Origin: Flavobacteriales bacterium
GTDB lineage: Bacteria; Bacteroidota; Bacteroidia; Flavobacteriales; Flavobacteriaceae
Length of the DNA: 64,000 nt
Assembly: GCA_038234025.1 (NCBI GenBank)
Contig: JBBSUW010000001.1
Coordinates: forward strand, 7,126 to 71,125
Reading direction: 5' to 3'
The notes under the pieces were generated by a model. It made no database searches. It worked only from the letters and a program-made list of their open reading frames with translations, and was not told the origin of the DNA. Positions 1 to 8,776 of the stretch are shown in pieces (the stretch's first letter is position 1; every line of letters begins with the position of its first letter). Both the position numbers and the translations under genes were made by a program.

Positions 1-1200
1 CGATCCTTTGAAGGTCATCAAAAAGTTTGTTGTTCCGGCAATTACGGGAATGATCATCCCCGCACTGCCAACGATGGCAACGGTCTGCATCCACCACGGA
101 ATCGCGCTGAAAATAAAGTGGTGCGTGCCGATGAGCGTATAAAAAAGAATTTGCGTCCAAAATGCCAGAATTCCCAAACTGTAGGAATAAATGGGCTTGT
201 TGAGCTGTTGAGGCAAATAATAATACATCAAGCCGAGCGTGAAAAGCATGAACCACATGCCGACGCCCTGATGCATGTAATATCCTTGCACAATGGTTTC
301 GCCCAAGCCGTTTTGCCAAGTTGGCCAATAAGCGACCACTGCGATCACCAGCACGAACATCATTGCGGAAATAATGTACCAGTTGGAGACATATATTTCC
401 TTGGTGGTTCGTCTTGCAACGGTTTGTAGAAAGTTTCGCAGGGAAATAATTATTGCAATGCCAAACAAAGCCATCACGGGCCATATATATTCGCGGTATT
501 CGCCGCCGCCATTGTTGATTCCGGCCATCAGGCAAATGCTGCCGATCACGACCGATGCATTGATAAGGAAAAGAGAACGATAACCTGTTTTGATGCTCGC
601 TATCGGAACATTGCTCACTCGTGGAACAACATAATAGGCCAAGCCCAGCATTGCAAGAGATGCCCAGCCCCAAAAAACAGCATTGGTATGAACGGGCCGT
701 AATCTGCCAAAGCTCAACCAACTAAAATGGTCAACGTCCGGCGCCACGAATTTTATCCCGACATATTCGCCCACGGTTGTGCCGAAAATCAACCAGAAAG
801 TGGCACAACCCAAGTACCACAGAATCAGTTTGGTCAGGTCGGGAGCGATATAAGGACGTGGTTGGCTTTTTTTCTTTTGTTCGATAAAACGGAGCGCCGA
901 TGCCTCGCTGATATTGTCGATAAGACCCTTGCTGTCGATGGCCTGGGTTTCGCCGCCCAATTCTGTGTTCGAGAGCGAGAAATCAAGTTCCTTTTTCCGC
1001 AGTTCCAGTTTCTGGATTTCTTCGGGTGACAGTTCCTTCACATATTCATTGAATTTTTCCAGGTTTTTTTTCCCAAGATAATTGTTCATGATACCATAGG
1101 CTTTCATGATCAGTATAAAGGCCGCGGCCAAAATCGGAAGCGCGATAAGAACGAGTGTAATGATGATTCCCGATTCGCCAAAAATATTTTCTGTTTTCAT
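1..1200 (-). CDS. ccoN: cbb3-type (C-family) heme-copper oxidase subunit I-like protein, 3' end beyond window
   Basis: Not in the ORF track because it runs off the edge. Hand translation from ATG at 1200 gives 400 open codons: MKTENIFGESG...SFGRLRPVHTNAVFWGW...QGYYMHQGVGMWF...LNKPIYSYSLG...FYTLIGTHHFIFSAIPWWMQT. The GRLRP-HTN, PIYSY and G-HH motifs are CcoN hallmarks. Confidence 0.85.
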   Translation of the reverse strand, partial: MKTENIFGESGIIITLVLIALPILAAAFILIMKAYGIMNNYLGKKNLEKFNEYVKELSPEEIQKLELRKKELDFSLSNTELGGETQAIDSKGLIDNISEASALRFIEQKKKSQPRPYIAPDLTKLILWYLGCATFWLIFGTTVGEYVGIKFVAPDVDHFSWLSFGRLRPVHTNAVFWGWASLAMLGLAYYVVPRVSNVPIASIKTGYRSLFLINASVVIGSICLMAGINNGGGEYREYIWPVMALFGIAIIISLRNFLQTVARRTTKEIYVSNWYIISAMMFVLVIAVVAYWPTWQNGLGETIVQGYYMHQGVGMWFMLFTLGLMYYYLPQQLNKPIYSYSLGILAFWTQILFYTLIGTHHFIFSAIPWWMQTVAIVGSAGMIIPVIAGTTNFLMTFKGS

Positions 1201-1208
1201 AGGCTAAT

Positions 1209-1234
1209 TATATTGGATAAAATTATCCACTATA
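1209..1234. promoter_or_regulatory. Palindromic candidate Rrf2 operator upstream of the ccoN-like gene
   Basis: TATA-T-TGGATAA-AA-TTATCCA-C-TATA. The perfect core at 1214-1229 lies 14 nt upstream of the ATG. A second copy is at 1728-1743. Confidence 0.6.
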
Positions 1235-1247
1235 CTGTCAAATTTTT

Positions 1248-1682
1248 TTAAAGTTTCAAAAAGGTCAGTCCATTTTCAAGGTCGATGGTTAATGATTTTA
1301 CTGTGGTAGTCTCAAGCATTTTTTTGAGCTGGTTCCTGATGGATTTGAATTGGTTGTGAACAGGGCAGGGCATTTGTTCGTTGCATTGTTTCAATCCCAG
1401 ACCGCAATTGGTGTAGATCTTGTCGCCATCAATCGCAGAGACGATCGTGCGCAAGTTTACTTTTTCCAGCACATTTTTGTCCATCGAAAATCCGCCGTTC
1501 GGGCCTTTGCTGGAGGTGATGATGTTGTTGCGCGAAAGCTCTTGAAGTATTTTTGAAGTGTAAGCTTCGGGCGATTCAATGGCCATCGCCACTTCTTTCA
1601 AGCTCGCTTTTTTGTCATTGTAAGACTGTCCGGCAATGAAGATTGTCGCCCTGATGGCATATTCGCAAGCTTTTGAAAACAT
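1248..1682 (-). CDS. Rrf2 family transcriptional regulator (Cys-rich, probably Fe-S binding)
   Basis: MFSKACEYAIRA start, wHTH with SKGPNGGF wing, and C-terminal CGLGLKQCNEQMPCPVH cysteine cluster. Confidence 0.92.
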   Translation of the reverse strand: MFSKACEYAIRATIFIAGQSYNDKKASLKEVAMAIESPEAYTSKILQELSRNNIITSSKGPNGGFSMDKNVLEKVNLRTIVSAIDGDKIYTNCGLGLKQCNEQMPCPVHNQFKSIRNQLKKMLETTTVKSLTIDLENGLTFLKL

Positions 1683-1701
1683 CTGTTGCTGGTTTGTGGT
1701 G

Positions 1702-1743
1702 CAAAAGTAAACACTTATTCGGAATAACGGACAATTTTGTCCA
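1702..1743 (-). promoter_or_regulatory. Rrf2 gene promoter (-7 element) with overlapping palindromic operator
   Basis: Minus strand TACTTTTG at 1702-1709 matches the Bacteroidota TAnnTTTG element. The palindrome GGACAA-TT-TTGTCC at 1729-1742 sits over the -33 region. Confidence 0.6.
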
Positions 1744-2078
1744 CTTTTATTTCGGGTGATCCCGAACTAATTGTTCTAGAAATGAAGGTATGCTTTTTTC
1801 TTGAAATGTTATATTGAGGATCGAGGATCGCAATGCTGTCCTCAATTTTGGATATATTTATTTAGCGAAATATCAAACGGCGAAAATTATTCCACCACCA
1901 AGTACTGTTTACAATCTTGTACATTCTTTTACTTTGTAGGGAATGTTTAAAGTATATTTTAATCACAGATTTTTTTTTGCGAAAGCTTTTTGAGAATATG
2001 TTCCACGAAGTATTTCTGGATGTTTTAAGTACCATTTCCTGAAATAAATTGAGTCGAAGAACAAAGACTTCTAAATTT

Positions 2079-2486
2079 CTATATATGGTCCGGGAATTTT
2101 TCAGTCAAAATTTCCAAGAGCAGTTCTTTGCTCAATGGTTTTGTTTCAAAGCCCATTACATCTTTTATTTCCTTTGCTCTTTTTATGTCGTCGGGATTTG
2201 CCGATGTTGACAAAATAAGTATGAGCACTTTCGCTCTCTTTGCCGCGCTTAAATGTTTGTATTCGTTCAAAAATTCCCATCCGTTCATTTTTGGCATGTT
2301 CAGGTCCAAGAATATCAGATCGGGAGGAGTTTGATCTTCACTTTTTAAGTACGCAAGTGCCTCGAGACCGTTCATGGCAGTATCGACCTTGTCTACGATG
2401 TTCATTTCATCTATAATAATTTTATGGTAAAAATTATCATCGGCATCATCGTCAACCAATAAAATACAATTAAGTTTTTTTCTCAT
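2079..2486 (-). CDS. Single-domain response regulator (receiver, Rcp1/CheY-like)
   Basis: ILLVDDD, PDLIFLDLNMPKMNGWEFL, LSTS and TKP receiver motifs; no output domain. Confidence 0.92.
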   Translation of the reverse strand: MRKKLNCILLVDDDADDNFYHKIIIDEMNIVDKVDTAMNGLEALAYLKSEDQTPPDLIFLDLNMPKMNGWEFLNEYKHLSAAKRAKVLILILSTSANPDDIKRAKEIKDVMGFETKPLSKELLLEILTEKFPDHI

Positions 2487-2498
2487 TATTTTTTTGTT

Positions 2499-4661
2499 TT
2501 ATGATTTTGGGATCGTGAAATAAAACGTGCTCCCTTTTCCGAGTTCTGACTCGACCCATATTTCCCCGCCATGAAGTTCGATGATTTTTTTGGTAAGTGA
2601 AAGTCCTATGCCCGTACCTGCATATTCAAAGCGCGTATGGAGCCGCTGAAAAATTATGAATATCCTGCTGTAATATTCTTTTTCTATCCCAATTCCATTG
2701 TCCGTTATTGCAAAGAGATATTCTTTTCCGGTGTCGGATGCGGAAATATCGATCACTGGCGGAATGTTTGTCTTTTTGAACTTGATCGCATTGAGGATAA
2801 GATTTTGAAAAACCGATTTAAGATTATAGCAGTTTACGGTGGGCAATTCTTTGAAGTGGATTTCTGCACCGCTTTCTTTTATAATCGCATTAAGATCCGT
2901 CATGACTTCATGCACCAAGATATTGCAATCTGTTGTGGACCTGGTCATGTTCTTTCCTGCACGGGAATATTCGAGCAAGTCGAAGATGAGGTTTGACATA
3001 CGATTGGCGCCGCCGCTTATCAAGCTCATGTATTTATTGATTTCGGGACTGGGATTGTCCTCCAATTTCGCCGCCAATAGTTTCGAGAAATTTGCAATGC
3101 TCCTTAGAGGTTCTTGCAGATCGTGCGAGGCAGCGTAGGCAAATTGTTCTATTTCTTTGTTTTTCCTTTCCAGATCAATATTGTATTGATTTAATTTTTG
3201 TTCCGCTTTTTTGCGTTCAGTTACGTCCTGCGCGGTGCCGATCATCTTAACGATCTGGCCTTGGACATTTGTAAAAACCTCTCCTCTTCCGTTGAGGATG
3301 CGCTCATCTCCATTGGGAAGAAGAGCACGGTGAAAGATGTCGAAAGGTTGATGGTCCTGAGATGCCTTTTCCACAATTTCGTTCACGATTTCACGATCTT
3401 CCGGATGAATGCAATTTATATAGTTCTCGTAATTCGCTTCAAAGCTTTCTCTGCTTCTTCCAAATATCCTATAAAGTTCATCAGACCATAGGATAGTACC
3501 ATCAACGATATTCCATTCCCAATTTCCTATTTTGGCCAATCGCTGTGCATCGTTCAGTTTTTCCTGGCTTAGTTTTAGTTCATTTAAATGGAATTCCAGT
3601 TCTTCGGCCATTGTGTTAAGTCCAACGGCAATGGCATCCAGCTCATCGCCCGTTTCCCCGATCTCGATTTTTTCGGAAAAATCCATCTGCGTGATTTTTA
3701 TCAGCGCGTCCAATATAACATTGATCCTTTTTTCATTTTCCTGGATGAAATCTATTTTTGATTCAAGCTCTTGACTTGATTTTGTTTCATTTTGAAGGCT
3801 TGTGGAAAGCGCCTCTGTCATATCATTGAATGAATTTGCCAGAACACCGATCTCATCATTGGAGAAAACCTGCGCTCGTGCACTAAAATCCCTTTTGGCA
3901 ATGCTCTGCGACGCCCTCGTTATTTCTTTTAACCCCTTTGAGATCCCTCTTACAACAAAATAAGTAAGTATAAGCCCGCTGAACTCGACCGTAAAGGCAA
4001 TGGCAAGCAATAACCGCAAAATAATATTTTCGAGCCAGCGCGCTCCTTCTCCCAGCGTAAAGGAAAAATTATCTTCAAGACGTGTGAGTTTTTTGTTGAT
4101 TGGCTCGATTTCCTTAACAATTTCATCTAATTTATTTTGAGATGGATTGGGCGAATTTATTTCGGAATTCAAACTTTTGGCAATGGGGGCCAACTTGGCG
4201 ATGGTTGAATCCGCTTCTGCCCATATATTGATCGATTCGTGAATATATGATATGTTTTCAAACCGTATAAACAATTTTAGCATACCATCAATATCGTCAG
4301 GATGGCTGCGTCCCTCGAGCAGCCCATATCGGGCAACGGCGAGATCTGGATCCGTCTTTACCAATTCCAACAATGTTTTGTGGTAGCCCAATGGGACTTT
4401 CATATAATTATAAAAATCTTTTTCGTCCTCGGCGTTATGGTTTTGATAATACCTTTGCAAACTATTAACGGCATCTTTCTGTGACTTGGACCACAATCCT
4501 TCCGCACCAACAAAAGCCCTTACCGACGAAAGCGTATTAACGGCAAAGTACAATGTTCCCAGTTCGATGACTATAAGAACAGCCATGATGCCAACCACAG
4601 AATACAACTTCTTTGCGATTGAAACATTCTTGAACCATTTGAACAGAGTAAAGTTCGCCAT
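2499..4661 (-). CDS. Membrane sensor histidine kinase (periplasmic sensor-HAMP-PAS-HisKA-HATPase)
   Basis: Two TM helices, HAMP (DEIGVLANSFNDM), PAS (WEWNI..WSDELYRIFG), H-box ASHDLQEPLR, N-box NLILNAIKF, DNGIGI and GTGIGL. Confidence 0.93.
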   Translation of the reverse strand: MANFTLFKWFKNVSIAKKLYSVVGIMAVLIVIELGTLYFAVNTLSSVRAFVGAEGLWSKSQKDAVNSLQRYYQNHNAEDEKDFYNYMKVPLGYHKTLLELVKTDPDLAVARYGLLEGRSHPDDIDGMLKLFIRFENISYIHESINIWAEADSTIAKLAPIAKSLNSEINSPNPSQNKLDEIVKEIEPINKKLTRLEDNFSFTLGEGARWLENIILRLLLAIAFTVEFSGLILTYFVVRGISKGLKEITRASQSIAKRDFSARAQVFSNDEIGVLANSFNDMTEALSTSLQNETKSSQELESKIDFIQENEKRINVILDALIKITQMDFSEKIEIGETGDELDAIAVGLNTMAEELEFHLNELKLSQEKLNDAQRLAKIGNWEWNIVDGTILWSDELYRIFGRSRESFEANYENYINCIHPEDREIVNEIVEKASQDHQPFDIFHRALLPNGDERILNGRGEVFTNVQGQIVKMIGTAQDVTERKKAEQKLNQYNIDLERKNKEIEQFAYAASHDLQEPLRSIANFSKLLAAKLEDNPSPEINKYMSLISGGANRMSNLIFDLLEYSRAGKNMTRSTTDCNILVHEVMTDLNAIIKESGAEIHFKELPTVNCYNLKSVFQNLILNAIKFKKTNIPPVIDISASDTGKEYLFAITDNGIGIEKEYYSRIFIIFQRLHTRFEYAGTGIGLSLTKKIIELHGGEIWVESELGKGSTFYFTIPKS

Positions 4662-4674
4662 TGCTGATCTTAAA

Positions 4675-5067
4675 TTATAAATATTGTTTCAGCCATTGTT
4701 TCGCTTCATTTTCCTCGTTGAACATTTTTACGGGATAGGGCTGTTTCTTTATGCTGAAAAATAAATTTGCCGCCATTCTTCCCACGGCAGATCTGGAAAT
4801 GATCGCGACTGCCAATGCTATTTCCGGCATTATCTCGGCGGCATAGTCGCGCATTTCTTTGTCGGAAGGTGGAGAGTCGGTGCTGTCAGAGAGCAGGCAA
4901 ACTTTCTTTCCACCGGTTATTTTCCTGAATTCCACCATCATCTTTTTTGCTTCCTCTACTGTTTGCGGGGGAATCTTTTTAGCAACGGAACACAGGATGC
5001 CATCGTCATCGAACCACATGATCGAGGTTGGGAAATCTATGATTTTGACGTTTTCTGGAGGAACCAT
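4675..5067 (-). CDS. Small cytoplasmic STAS/SEC14-like alpha/beta protein
   Basis: Likely start MVPPENVK (ATG 5067) inside the 241-aa track ORF, whose 5' part looks non-coding. C-terminal pattern A.II.....RM.ANLF......YPVKMF..E.EAKQWL is typical of STAS/SEC14-like small proteins. Confidence 0.7.
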   Translation of the reverse strand: MVPPENVKIIDFPTSIMWFDDDGILCSVAKKIPPQTVEEAKKMMVEFRKITGGKKVCLLSDSTDSPPSDKEMRDYAAEIMPEIALAVAIISRSAVGRMAANLFFSIKKQPYPVKMFNEENEAKQWLKQYL

Positions 5068-5434
5068 TTTATATAACAATTTATAGTTGAGTAAACTGAT
5101 TTGCATTTGTGTAAATCGTGTTGCCAGATAAATTCGGAAAATACCATCTTCGGCCCGTCGTAGGTCCTTATGTTTATTGCCCGTGCATCCAAAAATAAGC
5201 AAATTCCTTTTATATGCAAATTGCAAAGCATAAACAGTGGCGTGATCGCGGGAACCTTTTGTTATAGCTATTTGAGAATAATAAAATTGAAAGTCTAGCG
5301 CGAAGCAGATACCTCGAAAAAAATTTGGTCGAAAGTTCAAAGTCGAAGTGCAAGAAAGGAAAATCAATAAACAGATCAAAACATTAAACCTGAGAAGCAA
5401 TTCTTTTAATTTTTAATCTCGTTAGCTACCAGAA

Positions 5435-7183
5435 CTATTCCTTTAATTTAATATGCAATTCAGCCAATTGTTTATCATCAATACGCGACGGCGCATCGAT
5501 CATCACATCTCGGCCCGAATTGTTTTTTGGGAATGCTATAAAGTCGCGTATCGTTTCTTGTCCGCCGAGAATGGCGACGAGTCGGTCGAGGCCAAATGCC
5601 AAACCGCCGTGCGGTGGCGCGCCATACTGGAAAGCGTCCATCAAAAACCCGAATTGATTTCGTGCTTCCTCATCGGTGAATCCAAGGTATTTGAACATCA
5701 ATTTCTGCGTTTCCTTGTCGTGAATCCTTATGGAACCGCCGCCTATCTCGTTGCCGTTCAAAACCATATCGTAAGCGTTCGCGCGAACTTTTCCAGGATT
5801 GGTCTCGAGCAATTTCATATCTTCTGGTTTTGGAGATGTGAATGGATGGTGCATCGCGTGCCATCTTCCGCTGTCGTTGTCCTTTTCGAGCAACGGGAAA
5901 TCGACCACCCAAAGCGGTGCGAAAACCTCCGGATTTCTCAATCCCAATCGTGTTGCAAGTTCCATTCGGAGCGCGCTTAATTGCGTTCGTGTTTTATGAG
6001 CTTCGCCCGAAAGCACAAAAATCATATCACCGGGATTCGCCTTTGTCGCAGTTGCCCATTTTGCCAAATCATCCTGATCATAGAATTTATCTACAGAAGA
6101 TTTAAATGTTCCATCGGCGTTGCACTTTACATAAACCATTCCATTGGCGCCAACTTGCGGTCGTTTTACCCATTCTATAAGCGCGTCGATTTCCTTGCGC
6201 GTCATTTCGCTCGAGTTTGGAGCGGCAATTCCCACAACAAGTTCCGAATTATTGAAAACGCCAAAATCCTTGTGTTGCGCAACAGCATTCAATTCGCCAA
6301 ATTCCATTCCGAAACGAATATCCGGTTTGTCGTTTCCGTAGGTTTTCATAGCGTGGTCGTAGGTCATTCGCGGAAAAGTCTGGACATCAATTCCTTTTAT
6401 TTCTTTTAATAGATGGCGCGTCAATCCCTCAAAAACATTCAATATATCCTCTTGATCGACAAACGCCATTTCGCAATCTATCTGCGTGAATTCCGGCTGT
6501 CTGTCGGCGCGAAGATCTTCATCGCGAAAGCATTTTACGATCTGGAAATATTTGTCCATTCCGCCCACCATCAATAATTGTTTGAAAGTTTGCGGGCTTT
6601 GCGGCAACGCATAAAATTGCCCTTCGTTCCTCCGCGACGGCACCACAAAATCACGTGCGCCTTCCGGCGTTGATTTAATTAAATACGGCGTTTCAACTTC
6701 GCAAAAATCGTGATCGCTCAGATATTTTCGAACTTCCATTGCCACTTTATGACGGAACAATAAATTGTTTTTTACCGGATTTCGACGAATATCCAGATAG
6801 CGAAATTTCATACGAATGTCCTCTCCGCCGTCGGTTTGGTCCTCAATTGTAAAAGGCGGCGTTATCGCGGCGTTCAGGATTTTAAGTTCGGTGACCAAAA
6901 GTTCGATTTCGCCCGTTGGCATATTTGCGTTCTTGGCCTCGCGCTCGATGACTTTTCCGGTTGCCTGAACCACAAATTCGCGGCCGAGGGTTTTGGCAAG
7001 GTCGAATACAGCTTGATCCGTTCGGGTCTCGTCAAACACCAATTGCGTCATGCCATATCTGTCGCGAAGGTCGACCCACAATACAAATCCCTTGTCGCGG
7101 GATTTGTGAACCCAACCGGCGAGTGTAACGATTTGGTCGATATTCGAGCTGTTGAGCTGGCCACAATTGTGCGTTCTGTACAT
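5435..7183 (-). CDS. aspS: Aspartate--tRNA ligase
   Basis: [45 protein letters not shown] and GAPPHGG.A.GLDR motifs. Confidence 0.98.
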   Translation of the reverse strand: MYRTHNCGQLNSSNIDQIVTLAGWVHKSRDKGFVLWVDLRDRYGMTQLVFDETRTDQAVFDLAKTLGREFVVQATGKVIEREAKNANMPTGEIELLVTELKILNAAITPPFTIEDQTDGGEDIRMKFRYLDIRRNPVKNNLLFRHKVAMEVRKYLSDHDFCEVETPYLIKSTPEGARDFVVPSRRNEGQFYALPQSPQTFKQLLMVGGMDKYFQIVKCFRDEDLRADRQPEFTQIDCEMAFVDQEDILNVFEGLTRHLLKEIKGIDVQTFPRMTYDHAMKTYGNDKPDIRFGMEFGELNAVAQHKDFGVFNNSELVVGIAAPNSSEMTRKEIDALIEWVKRPQVGANGMVYVKCNADGTFKSSVDKFYDQDDLAKWATATKANPGDMIFVLSGEAHKTRTQLSALRMELATRLGLRNPEVFAPLWVVDFPLLEKDNDSGRWHAMHHPFTSPKPEDMKLLETNPGKVRANAYDMVLNGNEIGGGSIRIHDKETQKLMFKYLGFTDEEARNQFGFLMDAFQYGAPPHGGLAFGLDRLVAILGGQETIRDFIAFPKNNSGRDVMIDAPSRIDDKQLAELHIKLKE

Positions 7184-7393
7184 TTTTCAGGAGGTTTTGG
7201 GCAAAAGTACGAGTTAGATTGATATTGGGATAATTTATAAGAGTGAACTGACAAAATAGATTGCTCCAAAGAAATTATCCGAGCTACCGGCTGAACAATA
7301 ATTTTGCTCCGAACGCAATGACCACCAATAAAAAAGCGACTTTGAAATTTTGTCAAAACCCATTTAAAAATTAAATACTGGCAGGTTGGTATT

Positions 7394-7786
7394 TTAAATT
7401 TGATCCACCTTCTCCCACTTCACATTATCAGCTTGGTTCTTGCTGTTGAGAATTGAACCATTGAGCCATTTGCCGTCCTTTTCCAAAGTCAGTTTGTAGT
7501 AAATATAGAATCTTTCTTTTGGGTCGCTGGTGTTTTCTGCCCTAAAGCTTAGTTCGTGTCCGTCAAAAACTATTTGGTCGAACCTGTAAACATCTTCATT
7601 TAGACAAGTAACCAATAAATCGCCATCGGTGGTGAGCTGGATTTTGTTTATGTTATGGTATTCTACGTCTGTTGCGCGGCCAATTCCCCAATATTCCTTC
7701 CATTCGCCAACGAGCTGCTGTGTTGGCTCTTCGCTGCACGCTGAAAATAAAAGCGCTAAAACAATGAGCAAAAAATACTTTTTCAT
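7394..7786 (-). CDS. Hypothetical lipoprotein (small beta-rich domain)
   Basis: Signal peptide with lipobox FSAC followed by acidic SEE; LVGEWKE lipocalin-like start. TACTTTTG -7 element upstream at about 7817-7824 (-). Confidence 0.7.
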   Translation of the reverse strand: MKKYFLLIVLALLFSACSEEPTQQLVGEWKEYWGIGRATDVEYHNINKIQLTTDGDLLVTCLNEDVYRFDQIVFDGHELSFRAENTSDPKERFYIYYKLTLEKDGKWLNGSILNSKNQADNVKWEKVDQI

Positions 7787-7864
7787 TTTAAATTATTTGT
7801 TCTGAAATTTCGATCGCAAAAGTACTTAATTTTAATATCAATACCAATGGTAGCAGTCAACAAT

Positions 7865-7948
7865 CTAGCCCGGATCGCGCCGGTATCCTTTTTTTTGCGC
7901 CTTTTTCGGTGCTAAAAAAAGATAAAGGCAAGAGCCGGAAAAAGCTCC
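7865..7948 (+). repeat. Degenerate Flavobacteriaceae intergenic repeat / Flavo-1-like structured element
   Basis: CTAGCCCGGATCGCGCCGGTATCC-T-run-hairpin-A-run-GATAAAGGCAAGAGCCGGAAAAAGCTCC. The internal T-run/A-run stem resembles, from recall, the dispersed TAGCCCCGAT...ATCCTTTT...AAAAGAT...AGCGGGA elements of Flavobacteriaceae. Confidence 0.45.
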
Positions 7949-7979
7949 AAAAAAAAATCCGCGACATTGCACGGATTTT
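7949..7979 (-). terminator. Intrinsic terminator after the zinc metallopeptidase gene
   Basis: Stem AAAATCCG...CGGATTTT with an A-run giving a U tail on the minus strand. An extra perfect 10-bp hairpin CGAAAGTTTC/GAAACTTTCG lies at 7995-8020. Confidence 0.7.
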
Positions 7980-8023
7980 AGAATTTATTTCTGTCGAAAG
8001 TTTCGACTTTGAAACTTTCGGAC

Positions 8024-8704
8024 TTAATTCCTGCGCCCCATATAGATCATCACATAATAAAGCAATGTTCCCAATGAGCCAATGGCAGCAACCACATAGG
8101 TTCTCGCGGCCCATTTTAGCGCGTCCTTTGCGCCGGCCTGTTCTTCGCGGGTGAGCATTCTTTTGTTTTCCAGCCACGCCAAAGCGCGATTGCTGGCATC
8201 GTATTCTACTGGCAATGTGATGAATGCGAAGATAGTGGTAAGTCCGAATATTATAATTCCAATAAGCAATAATTGGGGGAATGTGTTGATCATCAATATT
8301 CCGGCGAGCAGAATCCACTGCACATAACTTGATGTTATCGAGATAACGGGCACCAATTTGCTGCGTAGCGTCAGCCAGCTGTAAGCGGTCGCGTGCTGAA
8401 CGGCGTGGCCACATTCGTGCGCAGCAACTGCGGCCGCGGCGGCATTTCGTTGGTTGTAAACGGCCTCGGAAAGGTTTACGGTTTTGTCCATCGGATTGTA
8501 ATTGTCCGTCAATTTGCCGGGCGTTGAGATAACACGGACGTCTCGAATGCCATTATCGGCGAGCATTTTCTCCGCGATTTCGGCACCGCTCATTCCGTTC
8601 TGGAGGTGCAGTTTTGAATATTTTTCGAATTTATTCTTGAGGCGTCTGCTCACAAGCCAGCTCGCGAGCATTATGATTCCTAAAATGATATAGCCTAAAT
8701 ACAT
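8024..8704 (-). CDS. Membrane zinc metallopeptidase (YugP-like)
   Basis: LTDNYNP, AAHECGHAVQH (HExxH), TLPVEYDASNRA and AARTYV motifs. Confidence 0.92.
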   Translation of the reverse strand: MYLGYIILGIIMLASWLVSRRLKNKFEKYSKLHLQNGMSGAEIAEKMLADNGIRDVRVISTPGKLTDNYNPMDKTVNLSEAVYNQRNAAAAAVAAHECGHAVQHATAYSWLTLRSKLVPVISITSSYVQWILLAGILMINTFPQLLLIGIIIFGLTTIFAFITLPVEYDASNRALAWLENKRMLTREEQAGAKDALKWAARTYVVAAIGSLGTLLYYVMIYMGRRN

Positions 8705-8737
8705 GGTTTTTGATTTTTGAGGTTCGGGTTTCTGGAC

Positions 8738-8754
8738 TGCAAAATGTACGCCAA
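8738..8754 (-). promoter_or_regulatory. Candidate sigma-54 (-24/-12) promoter
   Basis: Minus strand TTGGCGTACATTTTGCA: GG-N10-GC spacing, about 35 nt upstream of the peptidase ATG. Confidence 0.45.
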
Positions 8755-8776
8755 ATTTACGGAAATTTCCCGTCTG

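Noticed and set aside
1860-2040. Short basic minus-strand ORF (MVLKTSRN...WWWNNFRRLIFR) downstream of the receiver gene
   Set aside because: Under 60 aa, AT-rich, no motif and no supporting signals.
5068-5400. N-terminal 110 aa of the 241-aa track ORF
   Set aside because: TTG start, low-information composition and a good internal ATG at 5067; most likely an open intergenic frame.
7857-8414. 185-aa alternative minus-strand ORF and other overlapping ORFs in the track
   Set aside because: They overlap well-supported genes in other frames or run through terminator hairpins, and show no recognisable motifs.
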